Below, in pieces: positions 27,055 to 35,671 of a stretch of DNA of 64,000 nt. Under the pieces are notes generated by a model. It saw only the letters and a list, made by a program, of their open reading frames with translations. It was not told the origin of the DNA and searched no databases. The translations under genes and the position numbers were made by a program. Position 1 is the stretch's first letter; every line of letters begins with the position of its first letter. Source of the DNA: Candidatus Freyarchaeum deiterrae (GTDB taxonomy: Archaea; Asgardarchaeota; Jordiarchaeia; Jordiarchaeales; Jordiarchaeaceae); NCBI GenBank assembly GCA_037305845.1, contig CP147778.1:160001-224000 (forward strand). The letters are read 5' to 3'.

Positions 27055-27248
27055 AGAATTTCCGACCTAATCGCTTTCCTTGTAATATAATTATCTTACT
27101 ACTTATTTAATATTATTGGCAAAGCGAATTGAGCTTTTTTAAAAAGGTGTGCAGATTCCAGCTACTGTAAGCATTGTTATTAATTAAATTATTAACAAAC
27201 ATCATTTTAAAATATTTAAATAAAACATTAATATAATAGGCGGAGAAG

Positions 27249-27788
27249 GTGAAAAAGAAGGTAGAAAAAACCAGAAATAGAAAGCGTATAGCCGCCTTAA
27301 TTTGTGGCGGAATATTGTTCGGTGTCATTTTACCAATTATCTGTATCTACGTTTCACAGCTAGTAGATATTTGGTTCGGCTCCCCAAAGTTAATTCCTAT
27401 GCCCTTTAACTTCGTCATCTCAGCAATATTTTTCGCGGTTGGATTTTTCTGGGCCATATGGTCAAATGTTAACCTGTTCCGGAAGGGTGAGGGAACTCCA
27501 GTACCAACGAGTGAAACGCAGACAAGGAAGCTCGTAGTGAACGGAGCCTACAAATATACCCGAAACCCCATGATGTTTGGTCTCTTACTTATCCTGATAG
27601 GCTTGGGGTTTTTCTCCAACTCTCTTTTCCTCACACTCGGAGTCACTTCAATTTACACTATAGGACTCGTAGCGGCGCTTAAACTCTGGGAAGAAAAAAA
27701 CCTCGAGAAACGTTTCGGTAAATCCTATATTGAGTACAAAAAGAAAGTCTCATTCATGATCCCTATGTCGCCAAAGAAACAAAAATAA
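27249..27788 (+). CDS. Isoprenylcysteine carboxyl methyltransferase/PEMT-family membrane protein
   Basis: GEGTPVP, LVVNGAYKYTRNPM, EEKNLEKRFGKSYIEYKKKV. Confidence 0.88.
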   Translation: MKKKVEKTRNRKRIAALICGGILFGVILPIICIYVSQLVDIWFGSPKLIPMPFNFVISAIFFAVGFFWAIWSNVNLFRKGEGTPVPTSETQTRKLVVNGAYKYTRNPMMFGLLLILIGLGFFSNSLFLTLGVTSIYTIGLVAALKLWEEKNLEKRFGKSYIEYKKKVSFMIPMSPKKQK

Positions 27789-27864
27789 TACCCTTCTTTC
27801 TTATGCTTCATTAGTTAAGAGGATTTATCCTCGCTATGAAAAAAAGGTAGTGAGTTGATGGGAT

Positions 27865-28515
27865 ATGCTTGATTGGTGGTTAGTGCTTCAATGGGTTTTG
27901 ATTGGGTTTTTGATTCTCCTTGTAGTTTCGTTTCTTGTAAGAATCATTAGGCACTACTACCATTTTCCGATTCCCGCCTTTGCCACGCAACTCATCGATA
28001 ATCCGGTTCGCAGAAGGCTCATTCAACGGCCAAACGTGCTGGCGGAACGTTTGCAGCTCAAGCCGGGAATGATTGTTGTGGAAATCGGACCCGGTAAAGG
28101 TAACTATACAAAAGCCTTTGCGGAGAGAATTCTCCCTAGGGGAAAAGTGTATGCTATCGATATTCAAGAATCTGTCATAAAGCGCTTGAAGAAGCGAATC
28201 AAAAGAGAAGGAATAACTAATATTGTTCCAAAAATCGAAAATGCCTATAAGTTATCTTTCGCTGACGAAAGCGTGGATAGAGTCTTCGCCATGGCGTGCC
28301 TCCCTGAGATTCCAGAACCTGTGAAGGTTCTGCGTGAATGCCACCGGATTCTAAAGCCGGACGGCTTAGTATGTCTCTGTGAAATGTTTCCAGACCCAGA
28401 TTATCCGCGACGGAAGACTGAGAAACGCTGGGCTGCGGAAGTGGGATTTGAACTGAGGCAGGAGTTCGGGAACTGGTTCATATATCAGCTAAATTTTGGT
28501 AAAAAGTCTGAATGA
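27865..28515 (+). CDS. Class I SAM-dependent methyltransferase with N-terminal TM anchor
   Basis: VVEIGPGKG, VYAIDIQ, LSFADESVD, RILKPDG. Confidence 0.88.
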   Translation: MLDWWLVLQWVLIGFLILLVVSFLVRIIRHYYHFPIPAFATQLIDNPVRRRLIQRPNVLAERLQLKPGMIVVEIGPGKGNYTKAFAERILPRGKVYAIDIQESVIKRLKKRIKREGITNIVPKIENAYKLSFADESVDRVFAMACLPEIPEPVKVLRECHRILKPDGLVCLCEMFPDPDYPRRKTEKRWAAEVGFELRQEFGNWFIYQLNFGKKSE

Positions 28516-28624
28516 GGAGTCTTCTATAGACCTTATCTTTTAATTGCCAGTAACAAAAAAAATTAAATGAGGAACTTTATATCATTTGTATTACTTTGCT
28601 GATTTATAATTTAGGGGCTTTAAA

Positions 28625-29164
28625 ATGGGCTTATTCGATTACAAGAACTATATTATTGATCAAAGATTATTAACACTACGTCATACCCTCATAATTAGAA
28701 ATGAAAATGAAGAAGAATTGGGTAAGGCTGTTAGTAAAATCCTTTCGTGGATGGGGAAAATCGAATTCTTTGATAATCAGGGAAATGCGGTGGGCTCGGT
28801 TGAAGGGAAATTTGCCGCCAGACCTTCCTTTAAAGTTATAGACCAATACGGTAAATATTTGGCAACCGTTAAAGCGACGATTTTAACAATGCATCATGAC
28901 TGGTGGGTGGAAGATCCTAAAGGCGAAAAGGTGCTTAAAGTTTTAGGAAACATTTGGGGTTTAGAATACCGAATTTTAGATAATTCGGGTTTAGTGATTG
29001 CCGAGATATCAAAAAAACTCTGGTCGGTTCGTGAATACTATGGGATTAAAATAAATTACGACTTTGACCCCTTTCTGGTACTCTCTGTTGTGTCAGCAAT
29101 AAGTATGCAAATGCAAAGACAAAGGAGTAGTAGAGGAGGAGGAGGAGGACATCATGGAAGATAG
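28625..29164 (+). CDS. LURP-one/scramblase (Tubby C-terminal-like) family protein
   Basis: Repeated (Y/F)xIxDxxGxxIAxIxKK units, GNIWGLEYRI, REYYGIKI. Confidence 0.8.
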   Translation: MGLFDYKNYIIDQRLLTLRHTLIIRNENEEELGKAVSKILSWMGKIEFFDNQGNAVGSVEGKFAARPSFKVIDQYGKYLATVKATILTMHHDWWVEDPKGEKVLKVLGNIWGLEYRILDNSGLVIAEISKKLWSVREYYGIKINYDFDPFLVLSVVSAISMQMQRQRSSRGGGGGHHGR

Positions 29165-29272
29165 GACTTGCGAATTCTTTATAGGATTATTAATTATAGT
29201 AATAGGAGTATAATATGTGAATTTATTTCATTTGGGAGAGTTGAGACTGGACAGAATAAAGGTGATGTTTAA

Positions 29273-29701
29273 ATGTCGGAAAATTGGCTTATGGAAGCGG
29301 ATAAACTTTATAAAAGGGGTAGATTTGAGGAGGCTATCAAAGCCTACGATGAGGTTTTAAAAATTGACCCGGAGGATGCTTCAGCATGGGTGAATAAGGC
29401 TCTTGCCCTTGTTGGTCTAGGTAGATTTGAGGAAGCCGTGAAATGCTACGATGAGGCTTTAAAAATAGATCCTGAGGATATTAGGGTTTTGAATCTGAAG
29501 GGTAAAGCGCTTATCAAGCTTGGTAAATTTAAGGACGCCGAAAAAACCTTTGATAAGGCAATAAAAATTTTTCCAAAGGGTCCTGAGGCGTGGTATAATA
29601 AGGGTGCTTCTCTTCAGGCGCGCAAGAAGGATAAAGACGCTAAGAAATGCTTTGATAAAGCAGCCAAATTAGACCCGAGCATAAGACACCCACTTAGATA
29701 G
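29273..29701 (+). CDS. Tetratricopeptide repeat protein
   Basis: About 4 TPRs (GRFEEAIKAYDEVLKIDP; AWVNKALAL). Confidence 0.92.
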   Translation: MSENWLMEADKLYKRGRFEEAIKAYDEVLKIDPEDASAWVNKALALVGLGRFEEAVKCYDEALKIDPEDIRVLNLKGKALIKLGKFKDAEKTFDKAIKIFPKGPEAWYNKGASLQARKKDKDAKKCFDKAAKLDPSIRHPLR

Positions 29702-29931
29702 ACTGCTTCAGACACAGACTCAAACCAGTACAACATAGTTTTTCAGCATGTACTAGCCCATTAAAACTTGGGGTTGTTTTTCTTCTTTTGTATTTGTGAT
29801 AAGTTTGTTATTTTTCATGTTTTTTAAGTATTACCTCTGGCATATGAGGAAATAAAAAGTTCAGAATTGACTAATTATTGACATACTCGCTCTAGTGAGG
29901 GTGTTCTAATCAAAAACTCGGGTTGGTTTGA

Positions 29932-30330
29932 ATGAAGGAAAAAATTGAAGACTTAATGAACCGTGTTAAATCCTCCATGTATTTTAAGGCTTATCTGGCT
30001 TTGATGGATGAGGATGGAAAAATCCTTTATAATAATTTCAACGACAGCTTTAACCGAACTCTCAGAGGCTTGGTTCCTATTCTTAAGACTTTGGATACTG
30101 GTGAGTATCATGTCAGAAGGCTAGCAAGAAGCCGTTTAATCATTTTAAGAGTTAGCGATGGATTGGTCTTGGCTGCGGAAAGCTACGCTAGAGATGGTAT
30201 ACTTATTTTCACAATGAATAATGCTGTGGAAAGGCTCAGAGAGGAGTTCGTTGAACTAGACTTACTAATGACACTATCCGACATGGCATTACCAGAAAGT
30301 GAATCAAAAATAGTGGAACAACTCGTGTGA
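29932..30330 (+). CDS. Hypothetical protein, possible roadblock/profilin/longin-like fold
   Basis: helix-LALMDEDGKILY-helix-beta strands-helix pattern; fold assignment is inference. Confidence 0.55.
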   Translation: MKEKIEDLMNRVKSSMYFKAYLALMDEDGKILYNNFNDSFNRTLRGLVPILKTLDTGEYHVRRLARSRLIILRVSDGLVLAAESYARDGILIFTMNNAVERLREEFVELDLLMTLSDMALPESESKIVEQLV

Positions 30331-30580
30331 GAACAAATATTTTCTGTAGCTCTTGATTCCTTATTTTTACAATGTGGTACTTGAAAAATCGAGGATCCAG
30401 ATATTCATTTTTCATTTATTCTTTTCCAAAAGGCTGGAAATATTTTCGCGTCTCTTACTATGTTAACAAATGTTAAAATAATAGAGGAATCTTCTTAAGA
30501 GCGTTCGATTGGTTTTTTGTTAAAAAATGAGTAAAAAATATGAGTTTGATTGGGGATATAAATCTCTAGAGGTTTTGAAA

Positions 30581-31105
30581 ATGGGATTATTTGATTATAG
30601 AACTTATATCATTGACCAGAAATTATTATCGATACAACACACTCTCATTATTAAAGATGAAAAACAAACGGAGTTAGGGAAAGCCGTTAAGAAAATCCTT
30701 TCAGTAACGGAAGAAATCGATTTCAATGACAACACGAAACCGATGCAAACTGTGGGCTCATGTAAAAGGAAACTATTGGCTGCCTTTCCCGCGTATGAGG
30801 TTGAAAACGAATTGCATCAAACCGTGGCGAACATTAAGAAGCAGGTTATAGCCATCGGTGACGACTGGTGGGTTGAAGACACTAGTGGTAAAAAAGTACT
30901 CAAAGTTGATGGAAACCTAATAGGCTTGGAATACACCATAAGGGATATGATGAACCAGAAAGTCGCCGAGGTGTCCAAGAAATTCTTCTCCATCCGCGAC
31001 AGCTACGGGGTTAAAATAACTGGTAACGATGCTGACCCCTTCATAATTCTTGCAGTAGTAGCAGCAATAGACTTGGAGAAATACAAGAAGGAGAAAAAAA
31101 TTTAA
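30581..31105 (+). CDS. LURP-one/scramblase family protein (paralog of 28625..29164)
   Basis: MGLFDY start shared with the paralog; DWWVED, GLEY, VAEVSKK, RDSYGVKI. Confidence 0.8.
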   Translation: MGLFDYRTYIIDQKLLSIQHTLIIKDEKQTELGKAVKKILSVTEEIDFNDNTKPMQTVGSCKRKLLAAFPAYEVENELHQTVANIKKQVIAIGDDWWVEDTSGKKVLKVDGNLIGLEYTIRDMMNQKVAEVSKKFFSIRDSYGVKITGNDADPFIILAVVAAIDLEKYKKEKKI

Positions 31106-31328
31106 TCAAACCCGAAGACATAAGGCTGCTAAAAGGTTAAAACAAGAAGTAAATAACAAAATACAACCCTAAAAAACTTATCAGCTAAGAGAGTTGAAAA
31201 GCGGCGAATTGGACACGCACCACAAGTTTTCAGAACTCATAAGAGCTACTTTCCAGCAGACAATTGGAACACATTTCATTTTCTTATTTTATTTGTGTTG
31301 GAATTTTTCGGACTGCTGGTGTTTAGGT

Positions 31329-31541
31329 TTATAACTGCTTCAGTATTTTTTGTGCTTTTTTCTCCATCAGCTTTTTTGCGTCAATTATCTCTATTCCGAT
31401 TATCTTTCCCTTTTCCCCGATTTCCAGATTAATGTTTGGGACCAATTCTATGAAGCCTTCCTCCTCTCCTTCTGCAATCACAACGTAAAGTATATCACTT
31501 TCCTCATCATAAAGTACTCGAGGAATCTTATTCTCGTTCAA
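31329..31541 (-). CDS. DUF2283-family putative antitoxin
   Basis: YDEESDILYV ... GKIIGIEIIDA. Confidence 0.85.
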   Translation of the reverse strand: MNENKIPRVLYDEESDILYVVIAEGEEEGFIELVPNINLEIGEKGKIIGIEIIDAKKLMEKKAQKILKQL

Positions 31542-31854
31542 GAGACCACCTTCCAGAATTTATTCTATTTTCAACTTGTTTTTCTTCGATGGGATGGCAG
31601 GTTATTATCATAATTCCTTTATTGAGAATATCATAAGCAACTATGATAAATCTTTCTTTACCACCATAATTCATTTTCTTAACTGCAATACGGTGTCCTG
31701 TAACCACGTCTATGAATCTTTTTTCAGCCTCAAGAAACACAGTTCTGGGCAAGTTTTGCGGAAATTTTCTTATCTCCAACCTCTGCAACAGATGTTTGGA
31801 GTAGTAGATCTCCAAAAAACCACCATTACCTTTACTGAAAATATGATTATTCAT
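31528..31854 (-). CDS. DUF4258/RelE-like putative toxin
   Basis: YSKHLLQRLEIR, IIVAYD, IITCHP; overlaps the DUF2283 gene; GGAGGTGA SD. Confidence 0.7.
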   Translation of the reverse strand: MNNHIFSKGNGGFLEIYYSKHLLQRLEIRKFPQNLPRTVFLEAEKRFIDVVTGHRIAVKKMNYGGKERFIIVAYDILNKGIMIITCHPIEEKQVENRINSGRWSLERE

Positions 31855-31889
31855 ATTATTTCACCTCCTTTTTATTTATCTTTTATCAA

Positions 31890-32077
31890 TTTCTTGGTGC
31901 AAGGATTGAAAGTAAAAATTACTTCAGTAATATATCTAATTTTTAAAAATCGATATTTGTCTGAACTTGTGGAAGTGTTTCTTCAGTAAAGAGAATTAAA
32001 AGTAGAGTACACTCATTCAATAATCAAGTTTCAGTATTTTCTTACAAAATCGGTTCCTCAGTAACGAGGATTAAAAG
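31890..32077 (+). CRISPR. Degenerate CRISPR-like relic (2 full 37-nt repeats plus 1 partial)
   Basis: 31966-32002 and 32041-32077 match at 27/37 nt, have a short internal hairpin, end ATTAAAAG and flank a 38-nt spacer; a partial copy ending CAAGGATTGAAAG at 31912. No cas genes in the window. Confidence 0.4.
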
Positions 32078-32212
32078 GTGTAAAAGTAGTTATGGGAGAA
32101 AAAATTGAATTTTTAAAAAAATCTTTCCATTTAATATTTTTACGAAATAGTTTTGTACATTAATGATTATAGGGGTAATTCATAATTGAACTCGCGATGA
32201 ATGTTTAGTTGT

Positions 32213-33433
32213 TTACAGAGCTCCTGTGGTTAGTTCTACGATTCTCTGAATCTCCTTCTCTAAGGATTCGGGTAGGCCGAAAACCTTTACGTCCATGAAT
32301 CCTCTAACTATAAGGGAGACTGCTTCCTGCTCTGTGAAGCCTCTGGCTAAGAGATATTGTACCTGTTCTTCTGCTATTTTTCCGACGGCGGCTTCGTGTG
32401 AGAGTTCGGTTCCGCTTACGGTGCCTATGAGTTCGGGTATTGCATGGATTTGGGCTTCGTCTGAGAGTAGGAGACCGTTGCATTCGAGGTGTGCTCGGCT
32501 ATTTTTGGCGTTGCCTATGAGTATACCTCTAGCGTAAACTTTGACTCTGTCGTTGGCGATGACTCTTGATCTTACATCTGCTCGGGTGTTTTCACCGTCA
32601 AGAATTGCTCTCGCCCCGAGGTCAACTTGGGATTCACCGCTTGCGTAGACGGAAGAGTTGAAAATCGCCGTTGACCTGTCCCCTTTTAAATGGGCTGTGG
32701 GGTAGGTTTGAATGCTTCTGACCGGCTTAAGGAGCACGTAGTTGTTTATGAAGGTGGAGTCTTCTTCCAGAAGGACTGATGTGCGGGGACGTACATCAAC
32801 TTCTTGCTTCCAGCCGTGAATCATCGTGAATGTTAACTTGGATCCCTTTCTTAGGTAGAACTCGGAGACCCCCACGTGGAGACCTTTTCGCAAATTGGGG
32901 TGCACAACACACCCTGTTATGACTTGCGCCTCTGAGTGCGGTTCCATTATGATAACGTTGTGAACATTCTGGTCAATATTTTCGTTTGACAGGAACAAGC
33001 AGGATTGGAGTGGAAGGGTAATTTTCTCTCCCTCAAGGACGTGAATGAAGTATCCTTGATCCCATTCTAACTCTGTTAGGGCTGTGTACTTGTCTGTATC
33101 TACCGCAACAAGGTTCCACAAATACTCGTTAAACCAGTCGTACTTATCTAAGGCTTCCTTGGTGCTCATTATTTCAGCTTTACCTTTAAACGTTGTATCC
33201 ATGGAGCAGGAAACAACGGAATGGTCTATTTGGAAAAATGTTCCAGACCTTTCTCTAGTTTTGGGGGTGACACCGCAACTCAGTGCACTCGATTGTATCT
33301 CTTCGGGGAGATCGGATACCTCGGTCTTTTCCCAACCATTCACGTCTCGTGAGTATTCCTCTAGGTTGAGGTCTAACCCGTACGCTGCGGGTTTGTTTTT
33401 CGCGTTTAATGCTCTTTCCCTAAAGCTCGACAT
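32213..33433 (-). CDS. sufB: Fe-S cluster scaffold SufB/SufD-family (SmsB-type)
   Basis: QVITGC, HVGVSEFY, AHLECNGLLL, ELSHEAAVGKI, LIVRGF. Confidence 0.92.
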   Translation of the reverse strand: MSSFRERALNAKNKPAAYGLDLNLEEYSRDVNGWEKTEVSDLPEEIQSSALSCGVTPKTRERSGTFFQIDHSVVSCSMDTTFKGKAEIMSTKEALDKYDWFNEYLWNLVAVDTDKYTALTELEWDQGYFIHVLEGEKITLPLQSCLFLSNENIDQNVHNVIIMEPHSEAQVITGCVVHPNLRKGLHVGVSEFYLRKGSKLTFTMIHGWKQEVDVRPRTSVLLEEDSTFINNYVLLKPVRSIQTYPTAHLKGDRSTAIFNSSVYASGESQVDLGARAILDGENTRADVRSRVIANDRVKVYARGILIGNAKNSRAHLECNGLLLSDEAQIHAIPELIGTVSGTELSHEAAVGKIAEEQVQYLLARGFTEQEAVSLIVRGFMDVKVFGLPESLEKEIQRIVELTTGAL

Positions 33434-34143
33434 TGATTACACCACCAGTAACCCTCTTTGAGAATGTGGTCAAGTGTTTCTACAGTATCCCCCGAACAAG
33501 CCACGCATCCTTCAATTATAACGTGGGCCCGGTTTGTTCTGACGAAGCGTAGAATGTATCCTTGGTGTGTTATGAGCATCCCAGACTTTCCCTCTAGGAG
33601 TTCGTTTATAGTTTTCCCAATTAGTTCCAAGTTTTCTACGTCAACGCCTGAGTCGGGCTCGTCCAGCATAACGAATTCTGGTCGCTGCGCGAGTATCTGG
33701 AGAACCTCGGAGCGCTTGATTTCGCCACCAGAGAAGCCGTAGTTCAGATCCCTCTCTAGAAAGGCTGTTGAAAAATTCATTTTCTTAGATAATGCCTTCT
33801 CTTTTCCAGCTACTTCCGGGCTTTTTTCACCTATCTTGTTTACAAGGTCCCCCAGCTTCACGCCTCTTATTACTGGAGGGTGCTGGAAAGTAACGCCCAT
33901 TCCTCTCTTGATTCGTTCGTCTGTGGGAAGATTTGTTACGTCCTCTCCTTTAAAGCGGATGCTTCCCGACACAACCTTGTATTTCGGGAAGCCGAGAAGA
34001 GTGAAGATGAGAGAGGTTTTGCCGCTTCCGTTGGGCCCGAAGATAACGTGAACTTCCTTTTCCGGAATTTCCAAGTTAAAATTTTGTAGAACCTTTTTCC
34101 CGTCCACAACGACGTTAAGATTCTCAACTTCTAATATGTTCAA
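33406..34143 (-). CDS. sufC: Fe-S assembly ATPase SufC (SmsC-type, C-terminal CxxC)
   Basis: GPNGSGKT, FSGGEIKRSE, LDEPDSGVD, C-terminal WCNQC. Confidence 0.93.
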   Translation of the reverse strand: MNILEVENLNVVVDGKKVLQNFNLEIPEKEVHVIFGPNGSGKTSLIFTLLGFPKYKVVSGSIRFKGEDVTNLPTDERIKRGMGVTFQHPPVIRGVKLGDLVNKIGEKSPEVAGKEKALSKKMNFSTAFLERDLNYGFSGGEIKRSEVLQILAQRPEFVMLDEPDSGVDVENLELIGKTINELLEGKSGMLITHQGYILRFVRTNRAHVIIEGCVACSGDTVETLDHILKEGYWWCNQCRALGKEH

Positions 34144-34264
34144 CTTCCCTCAACTCCAAAGCGAGAAACTAATACTTGAGGCATCATTAAACTTGACTTA
34201 AGGTAAGATTTTTGATTTATATGAATTTCTGTTCTGAACAGTGCAAGACAATTGAAATCACTTT

Positions 34265-35356
34265 TCAAAAATAGGTTCCATTCAATATTTTTATGAAATA
34301 GTTTAACCCGTTACCTAATTTTAGTAGCTCATTGGTTTTGTAGTCTGATTCTTCCAACACGTTTACTATGTCTTTTTCTAGGTTTTCTGCGATTTTTCCA
34401 TAACCGTAGTCATGAACCATGAGTGCGTTTTTCCTCTTTTCCATATGTCCCTTCGCTTGAAATATTATCAAGGGCACACCATAAACTATGGCTTCGGAAA
34501 TAGTTCCGAATCCCGCTCTGGAAACAATTAGATCCGAAGCGTTTAGGTAGTTATGAATGTCCGGAATGTAACCCATGAATCTCAAGTTTTCAGGAGCTTC
34601 ATCTGCAAGTTCCTTGGAACTCAGTCCTTGGAGACTCACCAGAAAGTGAATGTCAGGGTGCTCATGTGCAATCCTTCTGTAAGTATGAAAATCATTATCG
34701 TTTCCTTCATCGCCATTATGGTAAGGTCTGCCTGTAACCATTACCAAACTGTCTCTCTTGCATAATCCTAGTTCTTTCTTAATCTCTGATTTGGGTCTCG
34801 TTGCATCCCTAGCTATAGGAGGAAAAATCTTTTCGCAGTCCACAAGCTCTGGTCTCAAGTCCATTACAAAACGCTCCGAAAGATGCAGAAATGAGCGCAC
34901 CCGTTCTCCAAACATTATGGGGCGTTCTATTACTGTCGAATAAAAATTCATTCTCAAATTACTCCAACCATATCCATAGGGTATATAGTGTGAGATGTTT
35001 ATTGTTCTCATTCGGGGTATGCTTGTGAGGTGGGGATTGTAATCATTAACAAAAACATTGTATTCTCCACCTATTCGTAGCGACCTAAAAAAATCAAGAG
35101 GGAAATATACGCTTCCTAATATTAATCTAAAAACGGTGGCTGAAGTGTTGAGGTCACCATTCTTTCGGTACACGTATTTTATTCCGTGAAGACTGCTATT
35201 GCAACGCAAATTCATAAGGGAGAGATACTTCACCCTCGTCTTATCGCTGAAAACAAGACACTCAATGTCTTTCATCCCAATTAGTCTTGATACGATTGCC
35301 TCAGTTCTTTGAGCATGACCGAATCCTTCAGTAGTAGGACACAAAACAACCCTCAA
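34265..35356 (-). CDS. GT-B glycosyltransferase (GT28/MJ1255-like)
   Basis: EGFGHAQR, ASDLIVSRAGFGTISEAIVYGVPLI, HMEKRKNA. Confidence 0.85.
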   Translation of the reverse strand: MRVVLCPTTEGFGHAQRTEAIVSRLIGMKDIECLVFSDKTRVKYLSLMNLRCNSSLHGIKYVYRKNGDLNTSATVFRLILGSVYFPLDFFRSLRIGGEYNVFVNDYNPHLTSIPRMRTINISHYIPYGYGWSNLRMNFYSTVIERPIMFGERVRSFLHLSERFVMDLRPELVDCEKIFPPIARDATRPKSEIKKELGLCKRDSLVMVTGRPYHNGDEGNDNDFHTYRRIAHEHPDIHFLVSLQGLSSKELADEAPENLRFMGYIPDIHNYLNASDLIVSRAGFGTISEAIVYGVPLIIFQAKGHMEKRKNALMVHDYGYGKIAENLEKDIVNVLEESDYKTNELLKLGNGLNYFIKILNGTYF

Positions 35357-35671
35357 ATTGGAGTCAACTCTCTTCTCATAGAATATCTTTGTTCAAGCAG
35401 GAGACCTCAAGTTAAGGAGTAACTTATAAATTATCGCTTCCTCTTACAAATAAGATTTTTCTGACCGACGTTTTTATGCGGTTTCAGCTACTTTCCGGCT
35501 ACTATTTTAAGAAACTTGCATTTTTCAGTTATTTGAATAATGAAAAGAACCTCAGCACCAAGAGTGCTATTCGGGAAGGATAATAGCTTTTCAATATTTC
35601 TTTGTTGTACTTTCTGTTTTGCTCGATTAGTAAGCTTCATAAATGCCATTTATACTATAAGTGAGTAATAA

